NCBI GenBank assembly: GCA_002269645.1
Contig: NIVC01001104.1
Coordinates: 124,001 to 188,000, forward strand
Source: Macrostomum lignano
Taxonomy: Eukaryota
Length of the DNA stretch: 64,000 nt
Reading direction: 5' to 3'
Each line of letters starts with the position of its first letter. Within the stretch, counting starts at the first letter, position 1. The notes beneath the pieces are model-generated. The model saw only the letters and a program-made list of their open reading frames with translations. It was not told where the DNA came from and did not search any database. This document shows positions 11,531 through 24,090 of the stretch, one piece after another. A program made the position numbers and the translations under genes.

Positions 11531-12620
11531 TGCTATAGCTCTGGTTCCCAGCCCACTCTATTGGCAGGAAATCAGTTGGCTGAAGCCATTCTGCTAGTGT
11601 CTATTCGCGACACAGGCGCAAAAAAGAGTGAGTGAGTGTGCAGTCACAGCACTCGTGCGCGATTCTAAGAATAGCTGTTAGTTTATAGGCCTAGAGTCTA
11701 TTGCTGCCATAGGCACATAGACTTATTTCCTTGCCGCCCATCTGCGCAAGACATAGCTATTAGTTTATAGGAGTTAGGGGTCCTCTGAGAGCTAAACTCA
11801 GACACGCTCAAGCGTGGACATTTGTCAGTACCAGGACTACGCCACTCAGGCCATTTGCTACCATTGAGCCCTGTCACTTGGACATTGAAATATCTGAGAC
11901 TAGTTGTTCTAGTGTTATTTATTTGCGTAAAGCCCAAACAGACCCCTTCATTGCGGATACTATGGTTCCCACGCTGGTAGCAGCACTACCCTTAATTTTA
12001 GATTTCTCCCCAGTCTCAGCCCCCATAAGAATACTTAGCAAGGTTGCTTCGGACAGCAGTCTGCCCCACCACAGAAGCCAGAAAGCCAAGCTGTCACTGG
12101 TGATAGCAGTGGGATATCAAAACCTGCCAAACCAACCCAACAACTAAAGTATAACACTGGTGATAGCGGTGGGATTCGAGTAATAACACCTAGCTCGAGC
12201 AACCAAAAGCTCAGTTACTACACAAGTAACATGCATATGCAGATTTGAAAAAAAACAATTACACTTTCTTTTAACAAAGAGTCTTTTTAATCTGATCTTC
12301 TTTAGTGCTTAAGTTGAAAATGGACTAACTTAAATGATGATATTTCCTAAATTGTAAATTTTTTTAGACTGAAGTTTTGTTTGTTCTTTATAAAGACAAG
12401 ACTTTGTTCAAAATAGGAGGTAAAATGTATTATATTATTGAACATGAGCTTTCTTGTAAATGCTTAAAAATACTTGTTTTTTAATATATATATATAATAA
12501 ATTAACTTGTCTAGGATAAAAAGCAAAATTGTCTAGCCTAGAACATACTATATAATAAGGCAGGCTAGCCTATTACAAGACTTAGCTAAGTTTTCTCTAA
12601 TTCATTTCTTTGCCAATGTA

Positions 12621-13220
12621 TGAGGGATATCCCAAAAGTAGTGTCACTTGTTTGCCATCATGATTCTGATAAGGTACTAAAAATAAATTGCCTTCACTTG
12701 CAAAGTGGCTTTTCTTGGCTTTATAGGGTCAAATTCCCATACTCTCACTATGATTCAGCATAGTGAGTTATGATATAAAGACCCTTGGCCATAGATTGCT
12801 AGATTTATAGTGTATACAGTCTATTTCAACTTCAGTAAAAGCAAGCATCTCAGTGGAGCTAAGACAGCATAGACTAGCAAAGCATAAATAACAAGGTTTT
12901 TTTAATGTCATAGATACAAGATTTATTTTTGAGAAAGGCAATGACATGCCATATTTGCCCTCTAGAGTCTTGAAATCAGCACTGTTCCCTATCTAAAGCA
13001 ACTACTATGGGCTCACATTTGATAATTATAATTGTATCATAGACACTACTTACTATATCCTAGTTCATAAGATTTCTTTAGAATTCTACACCAATGTGAT
13101 CAATACATTTCACCTTTTAATGGCAAGTGTGTCTAGCTGCAAAGAGACTTTATAGAAAAGAGGGCAATGTCTATATATATAGTGGGAGCAAATATAACAC
13201 TACTTTTAAGATATACCTTA
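12621..13220. mobile_element. Old Tc1/mariner-type MITE, 600 bp
   Basis: TA|TGAGGGATATCCCAAAAGTAGTGT at the left; ACACTACTTTTAAGATATACCTTA|TA at the right (degenerate inverted repeat, TA on both sides). Confidence 0.6.
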
Positions 13221-14411
13221 TAGTACAATTAATATAAGGGATTGACATACAAAATGTCAATATTAATATTTCTACTCTTCTAGACCTAAATAATTATTAA
13301 TATGACAATAGAAGAATAATGCTTTAGTTAGGTAATGGCCCCAATAATAAGATTTTCAAGTTACTTTTATTTTTTTAATTATTCAATTTCATAAATCTCA
13401 TTTATCTAAGACTAAGGCAGAATTAAAAAGACATCTTCCCTTAATTTAAAAAAATTATCAAGTAATAAAAAAGTAGGGATTAGGCCCTACAAACCATTTT
13501 TGTATCTTTAATTTACCTTTTTAATATCTTAATGCAATTTGCCCATTAGGTTAGCCTAGGCCTCTATTATAATTTTTGTAGAAGATAACTTTTGCAAATA
13601 TTTTAATACATTTTCAATAGGCCTTAAGGCATATTAAACTAACTTATATGCCTCATTAGATGTCAAATAAGATTTTTATTGCAATTATCAAGATCTCAAA
13701 AAGGTCAAGATTTGTTACTATTAATCATTTTTTGAGGGTCTACTTTGCGCAGTTTGTTTTATTCTATATATTATATGAATAACTATAGGATTAAATCTAA
13801 TATAGCTAGAGTAGTCAAAACCTTTTCTGCAAAATTTGACACTGCAATTTTGTATCTTTTAATGATTATTCATAATAGAACTTTTGATTTTTGTTTATTT
13901 TTTAAAACATAAATCTTTTGTCAATGTTACAATTTTTTTTAAGTTTCTATGCTAGTTTTGCCTAGTTTAGGCCTATGATACAAAAGGCAAAAAAAGTAAT
14001 TATAATAATATAATAAAAAATAGGCCTACACTATATTACAACAAAACCATTATTTATTTTGTTAAACTAGCATGCTTTTTTATTTTGGAAAACAATTTAT
14101 TTGATAAAATTCTAAATTAGCTAGGCCTATATCTATCATTAGATGCCACTGAATTGGTCAACACCTAATTTGTCAACTTTATTGTCATTGAAAAGTTTGG
14201 TTTACCTTACTATGCATTGTTGAGAATTTGGTTACCTGACAAAATACTATTTACTAGCTAATCCATATACTAAAAATGGTCTTATATTTACATTAAAAAT
14301 TAAAAAGACAAACCCTATTGAGAAGATACATATAAGATAATGAAGGCAAATGGTTTTTATTTAATATTTTTACAAGCTAGTAAAACCCACAGATTTTAAA
14401 CATAATACTAA

Positions 14412-15258
14412 TCCTTTGAAGGACACTTTCCTTCAAAGCTCCCACCTACCCAGGGAAATCCATATCTGTCTAAGCGCTGTCGTGTCTGCTACAGAAATGG
14501 AGTATCAAAGTGCACAGTGACCGTCTGCAAGGGTTGTGTGAATCAGCCAGGACTGTTCATTGGAGACTGTTTCGAGCAGTGGCACGTTTAAGTGCAGTCC
14601 CTGGTTTGTGTGACTTCTCAGCCAGCATTTAGAGCTTACACAAGTTTGTGCAACTTATCATGTGCAATGTACGAAACTTGAGTATGTATCATTGTTTATT
14701 ATTCTTGTTCTAATGTCAGATGTGGATTAGATATTGTAAAAAGTTGTAAATTTTTATTAGCAATGAACGACATCAGACAATTTAGTTATCTGAAAAAATT
14801 ATAGGTGCTTGTGAGTTCCAAGTAGCTCATATGGGTTCAAAACATAAGAAACAAATGCTTAAAAACTTCAAATATCAGTTTTTCCTCAATCCTTCCTTCC
14901 TTCCTTCCTTACCTCCTTCAAAAAACCTTTCTCATGTTTTATACTTTTCTAGACGGTACGATTTTCATGATATGCCTTTCTTTGTTCCAGTTTTTATTGC
15001 AAGAAATTATTGAGAAATTGTTTGATAAATTAGTTTATTTCTATAGTACTTAACCATTAAAAGCTTTAATAAAAAACTTTTGAAAGCCACGAAGTAATTG
15101 CATCTCTAATCATGGCATGCATGGCCTACCATTTGTCACTTGTAAGTCTGTGTTCTTGCATCTTAAGATTTCTGCAGGTTTAAAAAAGTTGTCTATGATA
15201 GTAAGCGGGCAAAGCTGTGAGCCATGGTATGCTATGTGTACCATCGGGTTCGATAGGG
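14412..15258 (+). mobile_element. piggyBac relic: C-terminal cysteine-rich domain fragment (14412..14591) plus right terminus
   Basis: FEGHFPSKLPPTQGNPYLSKRCRVCYRNG...CKGCVNQPGLFIGDCFEQWH* fits the piggyBac/PGBD C-terminal Cys-rich finger; in-frame stop just upstream. Ends ...GATAGGG|TTAA (15258/15259). Left end not found. Confidence 0.75.
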
Positions 15259-15304
15259 TTAAATAGGTACAGATCTAGAAAATTTTAAATGGGAGGCGCA
15301 TATT

Positions 15305-15343
<39 letters not shown>

Positions 15344-16446
15344 AGTAAAAACATAATAAATGTTTTTTGTATAAAAAGAACAAATTTAAACTAGATGGGA
15401 GCATACTGCAGGTGCCCTATATGCCCCCCTAAAGCTGCCATTCAAAAAGCCATGCTTATTCTAATGGTCCTATGGTAAGTAGCTATGTAACTGGGTTTTT
15501 TGTAAATTAATGCAAATGATGGCATCCAAGAATTCAAAATTAGACTTTAAAATTTCAGCTATAATATGACTTCACAAATGTAACAGGCCTTTTAGCTCTC
15601 TCTAGAAATCCTACGAATGCCACCAAAGTTGACATAGGGTTTGCTTCTGTCCTTATAAATAATCCCATTGGTTAGCCACCTGGTTGTCTTCTATTTAATT
15701 AATGTACCTTTGCATGAAAACTTGTACACTTATTATTGGTAGCATCTATACATGTACTGTATTCTTTGGCCTGAGCGGTCTAATGGCACTGTCTACTCCT
15801 ATAGGTTTTCTCTCAGTCCCAGGTATTCCCTGGATCAGAGGTTCATAGCCTTAGCAAATTCTTTGCCCTAAAGTGATTTATACACTCTCTGAGGTTATTG
15901 CCCTAAGGCAATTTATATACTCTCTGAAGTTACTGCCCTGAAGTGATTTATATACTCTGTCCTCTGAGGTTACTGCCCTGAGGTGATTCTCGCTTTCTAG
16001 TGGTCTTTTTAGTAATACTCCCAATTTGGGGCTTTATATTGTCGCAATGAATAAGTCAAGTAAGAATGTTTTTGGAACATTTATTAAGTGGACTAATTGT
16101 CACTGTCTTACTTGAACAAGCAAATGCAAGGATATGCTCCTCTTGGCCTATTCTGGGCTTCTATTTATACTGTTTTGTCTATGTATTTAAAACAAACTTA
16201 ATTTTGTACAATATTATTTGCGCATACAACATTAAAACAAAAATATTATTATTTGGCAGAAATTTGAATATGTCATGATGATTCTTAAGAAATAAGTTGT
16301 TTGCGTAACAGAAATATTCTATACTATAAGGCTAAATATACTACATTGCCTCACAAACTTAAATTTGATCTAGACTAGACTAGACCAGTGCAATTCAGAT
16401 TTCATTAGGCCCTAGATTAAACTGATGTCTAATGATGTTAAATTAT

Positions 16447-16892
16447 TTGAAGAGCTTGTGTGCATGGCAGCCATCCATCCAATGTTATAATTGCATGCAA
16501 AGCAGCCATATCTATTCTTATATATAGTAAGTTGTATACTAGGCCTATTCAAATTATATTCAAATTAACAAAAATAGCAATGAATTGAAATTACATTAGG
16601 CGTACATGGTGTATATGGGATAAAACATTATAAAACAATGTAACAAAAATTTTTAATTAGGTTTAGGGCCCAGTTTAGTTAGGTCTAGGGGCCTAGTAGC
16701 AATGCACAGATTTGAAAGAAAGGGTCCAATTCACTAGTTCTATACTGCAGCCAACTGCTGGCTGCCATGCACGCAATTAAAACACTAGGTGGATGGCTGC
16801 CATGCATGCAACTAAAGCACTAGGTGGATAGCCGCCATGGACTCAATTAAAACACTATGTGGACGGCTACTGTGCATGCAAGCTCTCCATAA
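16447..16892. mobile_element. Degenerate inverted-repeat element (MITE-like)
   Basis: Left GAAGAGCTTGTGTGCATGGCAGCC versus rc of right GGAGAGCTTGCATGCACAGTAGCC; subterminal GGATGGCTGCCATGCA repeats. Confidence 0.45.
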
Positions 16893-17513
16893 ATTATTAA
16901 AGCAAAGTGAGTCATGTCTCATTAGCTACAAAAACTAAATGCAATAGATAGTCGTTGGGGCCTATCACGATACATGTTATGACATTCGTGCGAGTAAGCA
17001 GAGCATTAGGGCCTATATTGGCATGAGATGGGACCATGGGATGGGATGGGAATAAGCACTACAAATTTTATGAAAAACATGCACTGATTCAACCCATGTG
17101 GTATTCGACAATCTAAATTTAAATTCATGTAATTTCAACTTTTGCTTAGGCCTAAAGTCGTCACGAAAATTGAAATCAAAAAGTATGTCAATATTATTTA
17201 TAAATGTAATGTCAGTAACAAGAAAAAAGGAACTTTTCAGGCAGCAAGTCACCGCTCGGCGCTCACCGGCCGGCCGCGCAATTCATTTAGTAGTAGTAGT
17301 AGGGCCTAGTAGTAAATTTGGCTCAGGCTTAAGGAGCCTGTTTTGCCAGTATAAACCGATGTATAGTAGTAGTAGTAAGAGAATTTGGCTCAGGCAATTA
17401 GCCTGTTTGGCCAATATATTATAGAGCTATGTATTTGGAAAAATTTTCGAAATAGAAGTTTATTAGAGATTTAGTATATTGTGATAAAGACGATTTGACG
17501 ACGATTTGCCGAG

Positions 17514-20500
17514 TTTTTTTTTTTTTTTTTAGTAGTAAGTTGGCTCAGGCAAGAAGCCTGTTTGGCCAATATATTTCTGTGTATAGTGTATTTAAGGTTA
17601 CTTCAGGAATAGGAGACAATATTTTAGCACTAGTTATTTAATTATGATTAGTACGAGTTTTGCAATATGGTATTTTAAAAGAACGCGGAAATGTTATTAA
17701 CGTTACTTGGACGACTAACGAAGCGAAAGGAAAAGCAAGGGGTTAAAAAAGTATTGCGTGAAATTTATGTATGTAGTTGGTGGTATTGCACGAATCAGCT
17801 TAGTCCTTACGTTATAAAAGTAAATTTATATAGATATTAATTAGATGACAACAAAATTGAATACAATATGAAATTTGAAAGAGCGTGAAAAACGAACGAA
17901 AAATGAACAAAAACGAACTTCGAAAGAACTTTACGTTAAACGAATAACGACGATTTAAATAGGTAATAGATAGGAAGCTAATTAAATACTAATTAAATGC
18001 TAATTAAATAGGAAATTAAAAAGACAGTAAATGAATAAACAAAAGAAAAGCGGATTTATTACACTGCTGATATGTCTGTTTCAGTTTGCATAACTGTTTT
18101 AGCTATTCATGACTTCATATATTTTAGCTACACCAGTGAGCTCTTTTCTGACTCTTTTTTCATTTGTAGCATATCCTAACTTGTGTACTTGCTTGTCATT
18201 TAAGAGGTACTGACAGAAGTATTTTTTTCTGATCTTTTCAGTTTGTGGACTTTCGGTCAAGTAGTGTAGGATATCGGAACCATTTCTCGCTCCACACAGT
18301 CTACATGCTTCATGGGAGAAAATGTTGGGTGTAATTTCGCATTTCAGTTTTAGGAGGGTTGTTAGGTATTTTTTTGTTTCTAAAAGTGCATGGAAAGTAA
18401 TCTGAAAGGTCGGGCCTGCAGATTTTTTTGTAGAGATAGGCGTTTTTGTAGAGTTTAATATGTTGCTGATTCTCTAGCTTTTGACTAAGTTCTCTCTCTC
18501 TGTGTATCTTGAGGTGCTTTTTCACTAGGTATTTCTCGTTATTAAAGCTTTGGGAAAGTTTATCTTCAGTTAGTGCTTTTAAGTCTATACTTTCCAGTTT
18601 CTTTAGTACATTTGTTTTCCAAGGATTTTTTTGGCTGGTGTTTGAGTAGAAAATTTTTAGTGTCGTTTGGCAAAGTTTTTGGTGTCTAATCTTCAGCCAG
18701 TAGGTAAGGTAGGTTTTAGCGATTCGTTGGGAGATTGGAGTAAGCTCAAGTTCTGATGATATCACACTGTTGCTAGCAAATTTTGGTAGGTTGAGGAGAT
18801 ATTTGTAGAATTTCAGCTGAATGTTATCAAACTAACTACTGAATTCACCGGCTGTTGGGTTCACCGGATTTTTAACTTTATTTTTAAGGCTTCAAAATAT
18901 ATATAATCGATAGCGCAAGTAAAACTAGAGATGCGCCTAGATTTTTGGCTCTGCGCGTTGCCCCTGGACATCAGGAGGGCGATTTTTGTTATTTTTTGGG
19001 GGGTGAAACCGGCGGTGAACCCAATAAATCCTTCCAGAGAGCTGAAAACCTGTCATGCAATATTTCAAAGCAAAATATAGGCAGATTTCGACGTGCGCAT
19101 AAAATTTCAGCGTTGCGCGTTGCTCCTGAACTGCAGGAGAACGTTTTTTGTTAAATTCCGGTGTTGAATGACTGCCGCTGAACTCCGCGGTGAACGAAAT
19201 TAAGTGCGTTTCCCGAGTCGAAAAATAGTAAATTTTCCTATTAAAAAAGTTATCAAAGTAAAGTTTTATCACTTTCATCAGCATTTTTGCACTCCCTTTT
19301 GTGTTGACTGTTAAGCTATTTATTTTAATGCAAAGCGAAAACATTAAAAAAATATTTTGAACTGCGAGTCTTTATTGCGCAACGTGGCAGCAGGCAGTTA
19401 CAGCGCACTTGCGCATAAAAAATACATTATATTTATACGCCGTGTGGTATTTTTGTGGTCATACTTAATAATGAAGCCTTTTATTGGCTAGTAATATTAC
19501 ATAAAATTACAAGTAATTAAATAGGCTAGTATAGTAAATATTTTTACTGCATGTTATAGTTATTATTTTATAAAAGTATACTAAGTGGCTGCCTGAAGTA
19601 ATTGAATTTATACTTAATGGAAAAGCACTATGGAATCTTAAATAGATATTATGTTTATAATTTGACTTATTAGAAGAGAAGAAATATTAAAATAGAGGTT
19701 TTAACAAGTTGTAAAAAGCATCAAGCCAAGAAATGCCAATTTTATTTTATTGCCTATACTGATATTAACACTTTGACTGCATGTTTCAAGACGTAATTGA
19801 AAAATAAATCTAAAAATATAGGAAGTAAAACAGCATAAAAGGCTTCATTATTAAGTATGACCAAAAAAATACCACACGGCGTATAAATATAATGTATTTT
19901 TTATGCGCAAGTGCGCTGTAACTGCCTGCTGCCACGTTGCGCAATAAAGACTCGCAGTTCAAAATATTTTTTTAATGTTTTCGCTTTGCATTAAAATAAA
20001 TAGCTTAACAGTCAACACAAAAGGGAGTGCAAAAATGCTGATGAAAGTGATAAAACTTTACTTTGATAACTTTTTTAATAGGAAAATTTACTATTTTTCG
20101 ACTCGGGAAACGCACTTAATTTCGTTCACCGCGGAGTTCAGCGGCAGTCATTCAACACCGGAATTTAACAAAAAACGTTCTCCTGCAGTTCAGGAGCAAC
20201 GCGCAACGCTGAAATTTTATGCACACGTCGAAATCTGCCTATATTTTGCTTTGAAATATTGCATGACAGGTTTTCAGCTCTCTGGAAGGATTTATTGGGT
20301 TCACCGCCGGTTTCACCCCCCAAAAAATAACAAAAATCGCCCTCCTGATGTCCAGGGGCAACGCGCAGAGCCAAAAATCTAGGCGCATCTCTAGTTTTAC
20401 TTGCGCTATCGATTATATATATTTTTAAGCCTTAAAAATAAAGTTAAAAATCCGGTGAACCCAAGTGCCGGTGAATTCAGTAGTTAGTTGTTATCAATAG

Positions 20501-23220
20501 CTTTTGTTTCAGAAATGGTAGCCAGAGGGCCCCAGAGCTCACAGCCGTACGTGATAACGGGGGTGACAAGCGCGTCGAATAGTCTGCGAATGAGTGTGAT
20601 GTCCAGGGACGTATTTTTTACCTTGTGGAGTAGGGAAAACATGGCTGTATATCCCTGCTTAGTTTGATGTTCAATACATTTTTTAAAGCTGTTTTTTGGT
20701 TCAAAAATAATTCCCAGGTATTTAAATTCATTTACTTCCTCTATTTCTTGGTTGTCGTAGATTATTTTTGTAGCAAAGCTTTCTGTGTCGTTTTTTTGCC
20801 TGGTACTGCCCTGCATAAACTTTGTTTTGCTTGCATTTACTTTCAAGTAGTTTTGCTTGCAGTAATTTTCCATAGTCGTAAATGTGTCTTGGAGTTCGTC
20901 TTTGTTTTTAGCTAGAATGGCTTGATCGTCTGCAAAGAGCATGCAGGATGAGTGGGAAAGCAGTTCTCGAAAGAGAGCGCCTAGCGCTAGAGAGTTCAAG
21001 ATATTCAACAATGTCGTCAATATATAGTTCAAAAAGAATGGTAGAGAGAGGGTTGCCTTGAAGAACACCTTTAGATATTGGGATTGGCTGGGTTTCATCA
21101 TCATCATCATCTTTTTTTAGAATGAAGCAGGCATTTTTATGCATGTTCTTGATAAGTTCCGTCATTTGACCTTTAATACCCTGGTTATCCGTTTTGTGCC
21201 AAAGGGTCGGTTGGTTTAAGCTATCGAAGGCTTTTTCATAGTCAACAAATCCGATAAGGAGTTCTTCTTTGTTGTAGATGGATTGGTTTATAATGTTGTA
21301 AAGATTAAAACATTGGTCGATTGTGCTGTGATTGGGCTTGAAACCGTATTGGTATTTTGATATAAGATTGTTTGCGTATGCTAGGTTTTCGAGTCTGGAT
21401 TTAATAATTTGGCAAAAGAGCTTGCCAAAAATTGGTTGAATGCAGATTCCTCTGTAATTGTTGGGGTCGGCACTGCTGCCTTTGTTTTTATAGATCGGAT
21501 GAAGTGTATTTGTAATCCAACTAGTTGGGAAGGTTCCTTGTTTGAGTGCTTCGTTGAAAAGTGAGCATAGGAGGTCAGCAAGTTCGTTTTCAAGGTATTT
21601 GAGTGTTTCTACATATACTTTATCGTGCCCAGGTGCTTTGTCGGTTTTGAGCTTTTTAATATGTTTTATAACTTCTTCTTTGGTGAATGGGGCATTGAAA
21701 TCCTCTAAATCAGCCAGAATAGGGTTGTCAAGGTGAAGATTGTATGATAGTCTAATGTTGCTGTCTTGTTCAGTTACAAGATTTTGAAAGTGTATGACAA
21801 ATTTTTCATCAATTGTTACTCTGTTGTTTGGGGGATTTGGTGTTTTTAATAGGTTCCAAAGTTGTTTTGTATCGTTTTGGATAAAGGCCTGGTTGATCAT
21901 GTTGTCTGCACAGAGAGTTGTTTCAAATTTCCATGAAGTGAGCTTTTTTTCGTATGCTTTTTTGAGTTGTACTTTGCTTGAGAGGTTGTTGGGAGTAGGG
22001 AAGGTTTTATATCTTCTGCAGGCATGTCTAGCAGCGTTTCTTAAATCTTTAAGGAAGCGAGGCAGTGTTGAGCATAGTGGGTTCTTTATCTCTACTGTGA
22101 TGTTGTTTTGAATTTGTCTAACTTTTCTACTTAATTCATTTATAAAAGCTGGGTTTTGTATGTCTAGATTTGTGATTTTGTCATTCATGTTTTTCAGGTC
22201 ATTTGCAAAGTTATTGATATGTTTTTCTTGTTGCAGGTTGGGTTTATCTGACTTTTTTAGGACTCTGTATCTCGTTTTCGAGTTATTGCAGTTGCTTGTT
22301 TAGTTTCTGTGATTTCCTCTGTGAATTCACTTGATAGGGAGAGCACTATTTGGTTGTGGTCGCTAAAGTAGGTGTGGTTCTTTACTTTAAAGTCTTCGAG
22401 GTGTTGGAGTAAGCTGGTAGAGACGAAACAGAGATCTATAACAGAGGAACCAGATTTTGAGAGAAAGGTGAATTCACCATTTGTGTCTGATAGTGATCTA
22501 CCATTGATTAGATGCAGGTTGTATGAGTCAGTAATCTGGTTAAGTAGTCTACCATTTTTGCAGTTTTTCTTGTCTTGGCTTTGTCTAGTAAGTGAGATGT
22601 TTTTTGCTCTGGTGGTATATATTGAATTTAAATCTATGTATGAGGTATTGTTTATATGAGCATTGAAGTCTCCAATAAGGAAGATGTTTTCTTCGGAGTG
22701 ATGAGCATCTAGGAGAATTGTTAGCTGTTCCCAATTTTCTTCTTCATAATATTTTGAAGACAGTGGGGGTATATAGGAGTTTATTAAGGTGAAGTTTTTG
22801 TTTTTATCCTTTTTGTGTTTAAAATTTAGCGTCAAGAAGTTTTTATAATGTTTGAATGATTCTGTAACATTGTATTGTGTATCTAGTGACTTTTTGTAAG
22901 CTGTCAATAATCCACCAGAAGCTCTGCCAATGAATTTACAGCCTTTTTTGTTTGCAGGCTTTTGGTATGTTATGTAGTTTTCAGACAGGTTGTTGATTTT
23001 GAGTCGTTTGTTTTCATTTTTTGTGTCTATTATCCAAGTTTCTTGAAGGCAGAGAATATTATTCTTAAAAATTGATTCAGTTTCCAGTAGTTCAAGTTTG
23101 GGAATCATCACAGAGTCTTTTATTGTGTAAAGACCATTGATATTCCATCTTGTAATTGTAATCCAGCTTGTAATCGAGTTATTGTAAAAGATAAAGTATT
23201 TGAAAGCGCGCCAGAATTTT
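17514..23220 (-). mobile_element. Non-LTR retrotransposon (APE endonuclease + RT + C-terminal CCHC), frameshifted and interrupted by a foldback insertion; clade unresolved
   Basis: Endonuclease RWNINGL, LCLQETW, IGDFNAH, SVIDL, FSDHNQI (23220-22257). RT KAPGHD, YRGIC, QYGFK, VDYEKAFDSL, GVLQGNPLS, LFADD, FKYLG (22188-20490). Continues after the insertion as IDNIQLKFYKYLLNLP (from 18830). 3' stem-loop and A17 tail at 17514-17560. Frameshifts near 22260 and 20945. Confidence 0.95.
18831..20488. mobile_element. Non-autonomous foldback DNA element, 1658 bp, 654 bp TIRs (18831-19484 / 19835-20488), 350 bp spacer, 9 bp TSD TGTTATCAA
   Basis: Termini ACTAACTACTG / CAGTAGTTAGT; TGTTATCAA at 18822-18830 and 20489-20497. 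Removing the element plus one TSD restores the LINE frame (GCT ATT GAT AAC ATT CAG). Only a handful of TIR mismatches seen. Confidence 0.93.
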
Positions 23221-23384
23221 TACGGTATTTTTGGACGAAAAGTGACGACTAACAACTAACAACGAGTATAAAATATTAATACAAAAATGAGTACAAATTA
23301 CGAGATGTAGCTTTAATTGCGAGATTACTTTGGTAAGCGAGTTTGTAAAAAAAAAGATGTAGTATTTTTGAAAGCGCGTGATAT

Positions 23385-24090
23385 TTCAAAGCGTGAAAAA
23401 CGAACATGAACAATACTTCGAAAGAACTTTACGTTTAACGAATAACGATGATTTAAATAGGGAATTAAAAAAGACAGTAAATGAATAAATAACTGAGAAG
23501 CGGATTTGTTACACTGCTAATGTATCTGATTCAGTTTGTTTAACTGTTTTAGCTATTCATGACTTCATATATTTTAGCTACACCAGTGAGTTCTTTTCTG
23601 ACTCTTTTTTCATTTGTAGCATATCCTATCTTGTGTATTTGATTGCCATTTAAGAGGTATTGACAGAATACCTCTTATTCTGTATTTTTTCCTGATCTCT
23701 TCAGTTTGTGGACATTCGATCAAGTAGTGTAGAATGTCAGAACCATTTCGCGCTCCACACATTTTACATGGTTCTTGAGAAAAAAGTTGGGTGTAATCTC
23801 GCATTTCAGTTTTAAGAGGGTTGTTAAGAATTTTTTGTTTCTAAATGTGCATGGAAAGTAATCTGAAAGGTCGGGCCTGCAGATTTTTTTGTAGAGATAG
23901 GCGTTTTTGTAGAGTTTAATATGTTGCTGATTTTCTAGCTTTTGGCTAAGTTCTTTTTCTCTGTGTATCTTGAGGTGCTTTTTAACTAGGTATTTCTCGT
24001 TATTAAAGCTTTGGGAAAGTTTATCTTCAGTTAGTGCTTTTAGGTCTATACTTTCTAGTTTCTTTAGTACATTCATTTTCCTTTAGTACA
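23385..24090 (-). mobile_element. Second, 5'-truncated copy of the same LINE family (ORF C-terminus with CCHC knuckle + 3' UTR)
   Basis: Collinear with 17880-18620 at roughly 85-90% identity by eye; encodes NVLKKLESIDLKALTEDKLSQ... and CKMCGARNGSDILHYLIECP. Confidence 0.9.

Noticed and set aside
18937-20382. Two identical 135 aa ORFs on opposite strands
   Set aside because: Mirror images produced by the foldback TIRs; no transposase motifs.
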